Assembly: GCA_963823665.1 (NCBI GenBank) | Contig: CAWGMQ010000010.1 | Span: forward strand, 1,376,001-1,440,000 | From: an uncultured Planctomycetota bacterium | GTDB lineage: Bacteria > Planctomycetota > Planctomycetia > Isosphaerales > Isosphaeraceae | DNA: 64,000 nt | Direction of reading: 5' to 3' | Shown: positions 23,301 through 32,511 of the stretch, piece after piece | Numbering within the stretch: position 1 is the first letter of the stretch | Layout: every line of letters starts with the position of its first letter | Program-made: the position numbers and the translations under genes | The notes under the pieces: model-generated | Database searches by the model: none | The model's input: only the letters and a program-made list of their open reading frames with translations | What the model was told of the DNA's origin: nothing

Positions 23301-26300
23301 AACCCGACGTGGCGTAAAGCGCCCGCCGCGCACGAGCCGCGGCGCCTGGCGACTGCTGCTCGTTCTTTCGCCGCGCCGCCTCCAGGTTGAAATCGACGAG
23401 CTTGAGCACCTGCGAATAATCCTTCCGTTCCGCGCACGCGTTCATCCCCTGGCACATCGAAAACTGCGGGGAAAACGAGAACGAGCCGGTCGAGTACGTC
23501 GGCGTCGACCTGCCCGTTTGCAGGCGGTCGTATCGTTCGAAGAGCAGGATCAACCCGTCCACGTCACCCCGGTCGGCCGCCAGCGTGAGCGCGCCGGCAA
23601 TCTGGCCCAGCCCGATCGCACCCTGGACGGTCTCGCGATAGAATCGGTCCACGTCGTCCAGCCGCTTGGCCAGCTTGAGCTCGTTGGCGACGTTGACCAC
23701 AACCTCAGCCTGGGCCAGTTCCGGGCGCCGGGCCCGCAACTCGCGATAGCAGGCGATCACGTGATCGACTTCGCGTTTTTCAAGCGGTTTGGCGTTCTCT
23801 TCGCCCTGCCGGGCTTGCAGCGGCGCCGCTTGTCGCACCTGCGACACGATGAAGCGCTGGCCCAGCGGAGCGTTGCGAGCCCCGAGCGCATGGAGAACGG
23901 CCCACAGAGCCAGCGGGTCAGCCGGGGCGCACTCGCTCAATCGTTCGCCGGCCTCGAACGCCCCGGCGTGGTCATCGCGCATCACACAGAGGTAGAACCA
24001 GCTCCAGACGGCGCGAACGTCGGTCGGAGTCTTCATCGCCGCCGCGCGAAACCGAGCGAGCACGCCATTCATCCGGCTTGGCTGCTCGCGTTCCGCGAGG
24101 CTCAGAAGCCAGCCCAGCGCCGCCATCCGGGCCTGCCCGAAATCGGCCGGCGACCAGGAATAGCCTCGCGGCGGAGGCACGGGCAGCAGCTTGCAGTACC
24201 GGCGGATGACGTAAGAAATGCCGACGCGGCCCTCGAGCGGCATCGTGGCGTTCCGCGAGGCGGCGAAGCTCGCAGTCGGCGCCCCCGTGGCTTGGAGCCG
24301 CGGGTTGCGCGCCTGCGCCCTGGCAAAAGCACTCGGCTCGTCGTCGCCGATCGGTAGCTCGATCAACTTCGCAAACTGGGCTTCGGCCTGTTTCGCCCTG
24401 CCGAGCTGCTCGAGCGCCAGCCCCTGGCGGTATAGCGCCTCCCAGTCTTTTGGGTCCGCGCGCAGGCTCGATTCCGTGATTTCGAGCACCGGCAGCGGCC
24501 TGCCGTTCGTAAGCAGATTGTCCATCGCATGGAAGACGCGAAACGACTGGCTCTTGCCCGCGGCCGCTTTGGACCATACCAGCTGCGCTTCCTCCAAGTC
24601 TCCCGCCTTGGCCAGCAGACTCGCGAGCCGTGCCTGCCCGTCCTCGCTCGCCGCCAGCTCCTCGTGCATCTTCTGATAGCGCGCTGCAGCTTCCAGATCA
24701 CCTTCCTCCTCCGCGAGCTTCGAGAGCTGGCCGAGCAACCGCGTGTCGCGAGTATCGGTGGCCAGCAGCCTCTCCAGCTCCGCACGGGCGCTTCCCATAT
24801 CGCCAGACGATGCATACGCCTGCGCCACGCACATGGCGACATCCCGCTCGCGCGCTTCCCCCGCCAGGCGGCGCTCATCGGTGTCCTGGTTTTGCAACCG
24901 CGCAAAGAGCCGGTCGAGCTGGCTGCGCTGGAGGTACAGCTCCGTCAGCTTGCGCACGACCTCCAGCTTGTGATCGAGCTCTGCGGCGCGGTCGAAGGCC
25001 CGCCAGTACATCTCGATCGCTTCCTCCGACTGATACTGACCGGCCAGCGTCTCAGCTAGCCTGAGCACGATGCCGCTCTCGTTCGGGTTGGCCCGGACTG
25101 CGCGCCGCAACGCATCGAGGCCTTCCTCCGGCCGCCCCAGCCCGAAACAGAGCTGCGCGAAGAACTCATAGCTCTCCGGGTTCCCCGGCGCCGCCGCCAG
25201 CAAGTCTCTCCCGGCTTTCAAAGCCGGCTCGACCCGCCCCAGCCGCGCCTCGAGCCGTGCCACACCCGTCAAATGCTCGATCCGGTTGCGGCGATCAATC
25301 TCGGCCAGCCGCAAGAGCGCCGCCGCGGCATCACCGAGGCTCCCCGCCGCTTCGCGCAACCGGGCCGCCAGCGTCCACGCAGGCACCGACCGCGGATCAA
25401 TCTCGAGCGCCATGTCAGCCGCCCGCACCGCCTCTGGCAGCTTGCCATCGGCCTCCAGATACCGCGCCAGCACACCCCAGTCCGACGCAGAAGTTTTTTG
25501 CGCAGCGGCCAGCTCGCGTTGCATGGTCTCGACTCGCTGGGCCACGCGATTGGCAGCCTGGTCGTTCTTGACGCGAGCGTCCAGAACGGCGTCGCGTTCT
25601 TCGTCTTTCTCGGTAAGCTTGCCCGCTGCGGCAAGCTGCGTCTCGGCGTCGTCATACTTTTCGAGGCGATGATTGAGGCTCGCCAGCTTGAGCCGCAGAT
25701 CAAAGCTGTCGGGCTCAAGCCCGACGGCTTCCGCAATTGGAGGCAAAGCTTCCTTTAGATATCCGAAGCCGGCGAGCACTTCGGAGAGCCGGGCCAGCGT
25801 CTTGGAGCTGCGATTGGCTCCTTCGGCGATCGTGGCCCATTCAGCTTTGGCTTCGTCGGGCCGTTTGAGGTTATGCAGGTATTCACCGATGTACTCCCGG
25901 TACTGGGGGTTCGCCGGGGCGAGGTCGGCGGCCTTGCGGTAGAGCGCGAGTGCATCGTCGGTCAGGGCCGCCTGCCGGAGCAGGTCCGCGACCTGCGCGG
26001 CGGTGACGGCATCATTCGGCTTGGCGTCGAGCATCTTCCGCCAGATGGCGACTGCGGCCGCTTTTTTCTCGGGCCCGGGCTTGGTCGTGTCGCGCAGGAC
26101 GAGTGCTCCCCAGTCCCGGAGCGTGTCGGGATTATTGGGCTCGGCCTGATCCAGTGCCTGATACTCGCTGATGGCTTCGGCGAACTTCTGGTCTTGCACG
26201 AGCTGTGCGATGAGAGCCAATCGCAAGTCGCGCCGAGAGGGCGCTAGCTTGACGGCCTTGTCAAACCAGACGTGCGCCTCGGCCGCCCGCCCCATGCCGG

Positions 26301-27240
26301 CCAGAGTGCGGCCCAGCCGGACCAGGGCTTCAACATCGTCTGTTTCACGTTTCGTCCATTGTTCGTAGTAGTTGACGAGCCCGGCTTGGTCGTCGTTTCT
26401 GAGGAAGACCTCTTCGATCTTGCGCCGGACTTCACGATGAAGCCAGCTATCCGGCCGGAGCTTGCCCAGCATGGTCTCGAAGTCGTGAAGCGCCTCTTGT
26501 GATTTTCCCAGCCGGACTTTCAGATCCGCGGCCGAGATGGCGAGCTGTACCTGGCGGAAGGGATCGGTGGCCTTTTTTGAAAGAGCCTCGAAGCGAGGCA
26601 GCGCGGCGGCGGGCTGATTCTCCTCGGCGAGCGTCTGGGCGATCTGTTCCTGGACGCGTGTGTCGCCGGGGAACAGGGCTTCGAGCCGAGCCCAGAGCTG
26701 GAGAGCCTGATCGTTTTTCTGGGTGCGCTGGTAGACGCGGCCCAGTGCTTGAAAGATATCGAGCAAGTCGGTGCGAACAGGCTTGCGGGCGAGAGAGCGC
26801 TCAAAAGCTACGGTGGCATTCTCGGGCTGGCCGATCAGGACGAGTGCCTGCCCGAGATAAAAGGAGGGCAGGGGGTCATCGGCCCGGTGGGTTTCGGCTT
26901 GCTTGAGCGCCGTCACCGCGGCGGCGTCCTGCCCGCGTTGAAACTCGAGCAGCCCGAGGATCAGCCAGGCGGCACCGTCGTCGGATTTCTTGTCGAGCCG
27001 ATCGCGATACGACTTGATGAATTCATCAAGCGAGCCGCGCTCGACATGATAACCGTACACGCGGTCCAGCGGCGTGCCACGTCTGGGGTTTTTTTCGAGG
27101 AGCGACAGGTATCGCTCCATCGAGCGCCGCTCGCGGGCTTCGCTCTCAGCGGCAGCGTCTTGCGGCTGGGCCCCGGCCCTTGTGAGAAGAAGACACAAAA
27201 CGATCGCGATCGCGCGAGCGGGCCAGTAGTGAAACGCCAT
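20383..27240 (-). CDS. Giant secreted TPR protein (2285 aa), short paralog of 7256-19269
   Basis: Intact ORF; signal peptide (..LLLTRAGA|Q); N-terminal ~700 aa nearly identical to the paralog; ends where the paralog enters its linker. Confidence 0.9.
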   Translation of the reverse strand: MAFHYWPARAIAIVLCLLLTRAGAQPQDAAAESEARERRSMERYLSLLEKNPRRGTPLDRVYGYHVERGSLDEFIKSYRDRLDKKSDDGAAWLILGLLEFQRGQDAAAVTALKQAETHRADDPLPSFYLGQALVLIGQPENATVAFERSLARKPVRTDLLDIFQALGRVYQRTQKNDQALQLWARLEALFPGDTRVQEQIAQTLAEENQPAAALPRFEALSKKATDPFRQVQLAISAADLKVRLGKSQEALHDFETMLGKLRPDSWLHREVRRKIEEVFLRNDDQAGLVNYYEQWTKRETDDVEALVRLGRTLAGMGRAAEAHVWFDKAVKLAPSRRDLRLALIAQLVQDQKFAEAISEYQALDQAEPNNPDTLRDWGALVLRDTTKPGPEKKAAAVAIWRKMLDAKPNDAVTAAQVADLLRQAALTDDALALYRKAADLAPANPQYREYIGEYLHNLKRPDEAKAEWATIAEGANRSSKTLARLSEVLAGFGYLKEALPPIAEAVGLEPDSFDLRLKLASLNHRLEKYDDAETQLAAAGKLTEKDEERDAVLDARVKNDQAANRVAQRVETMQRELAAAQKTSASDWGVLARYLEADGKLPEAVRAADMALEIDPRSVPAWTLAARLREAAGSLGDAAAALLRLAEIDRRNRIEHLTGVARLEARLGRVEPALKAGRDLLAAAPGNPESYEFFAQLCFGLGRPEEGLDALRRAVRANPNESGIVLRLAETLAGQYQSEEAIEMYWRAFDRAAELDHKLEVVRKLTELYLQRSQLDRLFARLQNQDTDERRLAGEARERDVAMCVAQAYASSGDMGSARAELERLLATDTRDTRLLGQLSKLAEEEGDLEAAARYQKMHEELAASEDGQARLASLLAKAGDLEEAQLVWSKAAAGKSQSFRVFHAMDNLLTNGRPLPVLEITESSLRADPKDWEALYRQGLALEQLGRAKQAEAQFAKLIELPIGDDEPSAFARAQARNPRLQATGAPTASFAASRNATMPLEGRVGISYVIRRYCKLLPVPPPRGYSWSPADFGQARMAALGWLLSLAEREQPSRMNGVLARFRAAAMKTPTDVRAVWSWFYLCVMRDDHAGAFEAGERLSECAPADPLALWAVLHALGARNAPLGQRFIVSQVRQAAPLQARQGEENAKPLEKREVDHVIACYRELRARRPELAQAEVVVNVANELKLAKRLDDVDRFYRETVQGAIGLGQIAGALTLAADRGDVDGLILLFERYDRLQTGRSTPTYSTGSFSFSPQFSMCQGMNACAERKDYSQVLKLVDFNLEAARRKNEQQSPGAAARARRALYATSGSPGYVPTLRIPLGSRQVSARMTYPQVNEFFDLTVLYVLRTAFEIYKRDDLMSDLMSHFRGQTDRAATPAEAIYPRLSLSAILWWTDQKDEAIAELTKVVNAGRPESDLRFDLADLLMQQALPADAIEILDAVQPLDNMSLKRREELAITAAIATGNAERARRAAERLFGLRLDTETQIRLSGQMHQLGLHDLAEALLGRARRRAGGQSGALVELMTQYGRQGKLEAAAQIAMQVLRGTRSSLAAASQSSLDAETARPAAMRVLAASGLLPELIERTREQLKKTPNSVALHHTLADYYTAARQSDRARIEMARVAELRPEDNELRLRLALQLVESGESSAGLRYYQGVFEKDPYLAANSMYEMTTLFERAGKAGELIELLNGVDVKALADVPSSYIVRLIEIAPPDPKTSEGVKRLYRRAWAAFPGQHPILAGRMARDDIWRLPEMFEYACDGILPGSARSSIAMYLAYAWQIPLGLNAPTAVKNEPTPAVLRLLDLAEERGSLEALLERINVAAKRSPQWLAAGPLQAMVFCRAGRFDEARAVVPRAIELLKQDEAVDEIGVYRVFVYWMLGRELEKYAATRDVALAAYEACCDDPHAFVQFRFLNATDHIPVHDLVQLAMRAGRAEEARHTLLAFARGSWNPQGYAEETARVIHLVGLNAIGASLVELGFAADAVLILREGESLGERVDPSLLSSMFPGMTAVPRQIGERLNAAIAGMSESELSALAPRAITAAAQAKATAKPGAAAMGPAGGRGGQAIDLMTIVHPRGLDQASVRSLVADSLLACSATELAGLVQPLEALRQAHADDLSVAICLALQALASHDDARIHAALEQLAALVEKTPLEPLAGGARANARERAAALGQIPLWLVARECRRQANPSSVRAVGDRLAARALEAARRQDDRVWLLAMLREQGQAAFDRNDRTEATRVWSRMLELVVTPPEAKPRRAAGGNRAAGAVPGRAGAAEPNGP

Positions 27241-27399
27241 GATCGAGACCTCGTGCGGCGAGCGACTAAGCGGAGGCGTGACCCGCGGATTCTCTCAAGA
27301 TCACCTTCTAGAAGGAAGCGTCAATCGGTGCTCCGCGGCCGATTCTTTTGTTCTGCCGGTTGGCTTGAGCCCGGCTCGTTCGTCGGCTACAGTGCCGCG

Positions 27400-28028
27400 A
27401 TGCCTGCGCCCGGTGGTGAGCCTGGCGGTATTGTGCGACGAGCAGCGGAGTTGGCGGCCGGACCGATTCGTGTACAATAACTTGGGCTGTGACCTCGACT
27501 TTCGGTTCCCGAGGGTCAAGCTGATCGACTATCGCCGGGACGAGGCGGCCCTCGAGCAGTCTGCCAATCCGTTTGCGGCCGTCATCCTGGCGCAGCTCAA
27601 GGTTCTCGAGACGCGGGATGCCCCTGCGACTGCGCTGGCAATGGAAACTTCGCCTGGTTAAAGGTCTCTGATGATCGCGGGCTCAAACGAGATCAAGTGC
27701 GGCAGCTTTTTCGTGTGCTTGACTGGATGTTGGCCTTACCGCCCGAGCTCGAGCAATCGTTCCGAACCGACCTCGAGCGTTTTGAGGAGGCACGACGCAT
27801 GCCTTACGTGACGAGTATTGAGAGACTGTGCGCGAAGAAGGATACAAGGAAGGCGTGGCAGGGGGCTTGCAGATCGCCATCCTCAAGCTCCTGCAGCGCA
27901 AGTTCAACAAAGTGCCTGCCAAGCATAGCCGGAAGGTCCACTCGGTGCACGATATTGAGCGGCTGAGCGCATTGTTGCAAGCCGCGACTGACTCCGGGAC
28001 GCTCGACGAATTCGTCTCGCTGCTTTGA
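27400..28028 (+). pseudogene. 5'-truncated, frameshifted Rpn-family (recombination-promoting nuclease/putative transposase-like) gene
   Basis: Across frames: RPVVSLAVLCD..WRP..F..DFRFPRVKLIDY..NPFAAVILAQLK / RWQWKLRLVKGL / RQLFRVLDWMLALPPELE..MPYVTSIERL / REEGYKEG..LQRKF; the N-terminal nuclease part is absent. Confidence 0.75.
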
Positions 28029-28259
28029 GGAGGCACGACGCATGCCTTACGTGACGAGTATCGAGAGACTGTGCGCGAAGAAGGCGTCGCCGAAGGCTTG
28101 CAAATCGCCATCCTCAAGCTCCTGGAGCTCAAGTTCAAGAAAGTGCCAGCCAAGCATGAACGGAAGCTCCGCTCGGTGCGCGAGATCGGTTGGCTGAGCG
28201 CATTGTTGCAAGCCGCGACTGACGCCAGGACGCTCGACGAAGTCCTCTCGCTGCTTTGA
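28024..28259 (+). repeat. Diverged tandem duplicate of the Rpn C-terminal cassette (27781-28028), with its own SD and ATG
   Basis: About 60 bp near-identical at 27781 and 28024 (TTTGAGGAGGCACGACGCATGCCTTACGTGACGAGTAT..), followed by a diverged homologous C-terminal domain. Confidence 0.85.
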
Positions 28260-28547
28260 AGACGATCGCGGCGCGGCTCCACTTCTGGAATGAGGCGGCG
28301 AAGCCACTCGGCCAATCCGGCCCTAATGCTTCGCACGCGGGCTCGCTTGCCGGGTCCGCGCCAACGAAAAAAACGAGTCGAATGGGACCAGAGCGACCGC
28401 CCTCCGCCCTGGCTTTTCGCGAAATGGCTTTTGACTATTGTCCGACTTCCAGTCATCCTGGGATATCCGGGTCCGCCTGGACCGCGATTGACGCTTTTCG
28501 AAGAAAAAGGGCCCGGTGCGAATAGCGGACTGTGAGGAATCTCCCCC

Positions 28548-29570
<1,023 letters not shown>

Positions 29571-29596
29571 GCTTGCAACCGGGCACGTTCCAACAG

Positions 29597-29623
29597 GATG
29601 GTCCGCACAGAACGGACCCTTTC
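29597..29623 (-). repeat. REP-like palindrome (GGTCCG-N7-CGGACC)
   Basis: Reverse complement reads GAAAGGGTCCGTTCTGTGCGGACCATCC, similar to the 2589 copy; lies between moxR and the DUF58 gene. Confidence 0.5.
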
Positions 29624-29626
29624 GAG

Positions 29627-30505
29627 ATGGCACTCTTCGATTCCGATTTCCTGAAGAAGCTGGAGTACCTGTCGCTCGTCTCGCGGCGGGTCTTTCGCGG
29701 CCAGCTTCTGGCCCAGCGCCGCACGATGCAGCTCGGCGGCGGAATCGAGTTCGCCGACCATCGCGAGTACACGCCGGGCGATGACTTCCGCTACCTCGAC
29801 TGGAACGTCTACGCCCGCCACGGCGAGCTCTTGCTCAAGCGCTTCCAGGAGGAAGAAGACCTGCACGTCTACCTGCTGCTCGACTGCTCGCGCAGCATGT
29901 CCTTCGGCGATCCGCCCAAGTTCGATTACGTGCGCCAGGTCGGGGCCGCTCTGGCCTACATCGCGCTTGCCGATCTAGACCGAGTCGCCATTGTGGCCTT
30001 CGCCGGCGACGTGGTGGCGGATTTTCCGCTCACTCGCGGCAAGGCGCGCATCCTGTCGCTCCTCAAGTTCCTGGAAAACCTCGAGCCGCAGGGGGCGGCC
30101 ACCGATCTCGCCCGGGTCGCACGGAGCTTCGTCCATCGCGGCCAGCGCAGGGGTCTGGCCCTCGTGCTCAGCGATCTTTTCGATCCCGGCGGATTTCAGC
30201 ATGGCCTCGACCTGCTGCGCCACCACCGTTACGAGCCGCACGTGATTCAGGTCTATGACCGCCGCGACGCCGAGCCCGAGCTCAAAGGCGACCTCGAGCT
30301 CTTCGACGTCGAGACCCAGACGGTCCAGAAAGTCACCGTCACCGAACGTAACCTGCGCCAGTACAAGCGCATCTTCGCCGACTTCCTGGAATCGGTCGCG
30401 CGCTACTGTAACTCCTACGGAATCGGCAACACTCGCTCGAGCACTGACGTGCCCTTTGACGAGCTGCTCCTGCGCATGATGCGCGCGGCGGGAGCGGTCG
30501 CATGA
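29627..30505 (+). CDS. DUF58 domain protein
   Basis: GIEFADHREYTPGDDFRYLDWNVYAR..LLLKRFQEEED..LLDCSRSM; start placed at ATG 29627. Confidence 0.92.
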   Translation: MALFDSDFLKKLEYLSLVSRRVFRGQLLAQRRTMQLGGGIEFADHREYTPGDDFRYLDWNVYARHGELLLKRFQEEEDLHVYLLLDCSRSMSFGDPPKFDYVRQVGAALAYIALADLDRVAIVAFAGDVVADFPLTRGKARILSLLKFLENLEPQGAATDLARVARSFVHRGQRRGLALVLSDLFDPGGFQHGLDLLRHHRYEPHVIQVYDRRDAEPELKGDLELFDVETQTVQKVTVTERNLRQYKRIFADFLESVARYCNSYGIGNTRSSTDVPFDELLLRMMRAAGAVA

Positions 30506-32511
30506 GCCTGGTCAATCCGGCCGCACTGATCCTGGCTGGGCTGGCGCTGCCGATCATTGTTTTCTACATCTTGAAGATCCGCCTCCGCCGGATTCCGGTC
30601 TCGACCCTTCTTTTCTGGCAGCAGATTTTCGAGGAGAAGAAGCCGCGGTCCCTCTGGCAGAAGCTGCGGCATCTGCTCTCGCTGCTCCTGCAGCTCGCGT
30701 TTCTCGCATTCCTGGTCATTGCTCTGGCCGACCCCATCTTCCGCTGGCAGCAGGCGCGGGCGCGGCGGCTCGTGCTGGTTGTCGACAATTCTTCAAGCAT
30801 GAATGCCAGTGATGTTGCTCCCAGCCGGCTCGAGGCGGCCAGGGAGGAAGGCCGGCGCTTGATCGAGGGCATGCGGGCCGGCGATGAGCTGGCGATCATC
30901 GAGGCCGGGGCCCGCACCCGCGTGGTCTGCGGGCCGACCGACCACGAGCGGACCTTGCGCGACGCCCTGGAATCGATCACTCCGGGCGACGGACCGACTC
31001 GCGTCGAGGAGGCTGTCGCGCTCGCCCGGCGCCTCCTTTCGGGTTCCGAGAAGGTGCGAAAGCTCGTGGTGATCTCTGACGGCAGCTTCGACCGGGCCGC
31101 CGCGCTCGCCCGCGAGGAGAACGTCGAATTCATCGCGATCGGCAAGAAGACCGGCAACTGCGGAATCACCCGGCTCCAGGCCCGCCGCAGCCTCCTCGAC
31201 CCGATTGGGTACGAGATCCTCGTCGAGGTGTTGAACGCCTCGGACGAACCGGCGTCATTCCGCCTCGAGCTCGATCTCGACGACGATCCGATCGACGTCG
31301 TACCCATGAACCTGGCCGCCGGCGCTCGCTCGGTGCACGTCTTCGAGAAGACATCCGCGGAAGGCGGCCGTCTGCATGCCTCGATCGACCGCAAGGACGC
31401 CCTGCCGGCCGATAACTCCGCCTGGGCGATCCTGCCGCGCCGCGCCCGTCAGCGCGTCATCCTGGTCACGCCCGGCAATCTGTTCCTCGAGAAGGTGTTC
31501 GAGGCGATTCCACTCGTCGACCTCGAGGTGGTGAAAGTCTCGAAAGACGGGTCGCCCGACCAGGAAGCCGCCAAGGCGTGGCAAGTTGGGGCCAAAGCAC
31601 TCGCTCCGAACGAACCCCCTCCGGTCGTCGTGTTCCATCACAAGGTGCCCGACGCGCTCCCGCCCTGTCCCGTCTTCGTGATCGAGCCCGAGCGCGCCGG
31701 CGCGCTCTGGGAACTCGGCGAGCTGGTCCAGAACCCGCTGGTCGCGAAACAAGACAAGGAATCGCCCTTGATGTTGCACATCAGGCTCGACAATGTGCTC
31801 ATGCCCGAAGCACGCAAGCTGACGCTGCGCACGCCCGCGAAGGTGCTGGCCGAGTCATCCTCCGGAGACCCGCTCTACGCCGTGCTCGAGCGGTCGCCGG
31901 GGGCAGGGGAGGGTGCAGTCGTCGTCCTCACCGTGAACCTCGACAAGAGCGACCTCCCGCTCCAGACCGCCTTTCCAATCATGACGGCGAATCTCCTCAA
32001 CTGGTTCGGCGGCACCAAGGGCGAGCTACGCGAGGCTCTGCCTGCCGGCGCCGTCACACAAGTCGACATCCCGCTCGCGCCGAAGGACTGGGACAAATCG
32101 CTTGCGCGCTTCCTGGTCGCCCCCGACGGCCGTGAGCAGCCCTTGTTCGCCGCCGCCGGTGCGCCGAAGGTGACGGTCGGCCCGCTCGACCGTTGCGGAA
32201 TCTGGAGCGTGATCGAGCGAGCGCCGGGAGCCGGGTCGCAAGCGAAACAAGCGAAGTCATCGGCATCCGGCTCGAAAGCCGAGGCTGCCGCACCGGTGTT
32301 CGAGAGCAAGACGGCTACTCTCGCCGAGCTTGCCTGCAACCTGGCCGACCGTCGCGAGAGCGACCTTCGGCCCTGCGAGGGCCTTCCGGATCGGAATCCG
32401 GGCCTGGCCGCTGGCTTCGCGGTGCGTCCGATCTGGTACTATCTCCTGGTCACGGCCCTCATGCTCACCTGCTGGGAATGGTTTCTCTATCAGCGGCGGT
32501 GGATTGACTGA
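30502..32511 (+). CDS. BatA-N/VWA domain membrane protein
   Basis: N-terminal double TM (LALPIIVFYILK..LLLQL..ALADP), MIDAS-like DNSSSM and ISDG, C-terminal TM ending WEWFLYQRR. Confidence 0.88.
   Translation: MSLVNPAALILAGLALPIIVFYILKIRLRRIPVSTLLFWQQIFEEKKPRSLWQKLRHLLSLLLQLAFLAFLVIALADPIFRWQQARARRLVLVVDNSSSMNASDVAPSRLEAAREEGRRLIEGMRAGDELAIIEAGARTRVVCGPTDHERTLRDALESITPGDGPTRVEEAVALARRLLSGSEKVRKLVVISDGSFDRAAALAREENVEFIAIGKKTGNCGITRLQARRSLLDPIGYEILVEVLNASDEPASFRLELDLDDDPIDVVPMNLAAGARSVHVFEKTSAEGGRLHASIDRKDALPADNSAWAILPRRARQRVILVTPGNLFLEKVFEAIPLVDLEVVKVSKDGSPDQEAAKAWQVGAKALAPNEPPPVVVFHHKVPDALPPCPVFVIEPERAGALWELGELVQNPLVAKQDKESPLMLHIRLDNVLMPEARKLTLRTPAKVLAESSSGDPLYAVLERSPGAGEGAVVVLTVNLDKSDLPLQTAFPIMTANLLNWFGGTKGELREALPAGAVTQVDIPLAPKDWDKSLARFLVAPDGREQPLFAAAGAPKVTVGPLDRCGIWSVIERAPGAGSQAKQAKSSASGSKAEAAAPVFESKTATLAELACNLADRRESDLRPCEGLPDRNPGLAAGFAVRPIWYYLLVTALMLTCWEWFLYQRRWID

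Noticed and set aside
508..26906. Long plus-strand ORFs antisense to the ASPIC and TPR genes (e.g. 508..1992, 14407..16377, 23131..24357)
   Set aside because: Shadow ORFs typical of high-GC coding DNA; no recognisable motifs
295..27240. Diversity-generating retroelement behind the paralog repeats
   Set aside because: No reverse transcriptase, and the differences between repeats are not visibly adenine-specific
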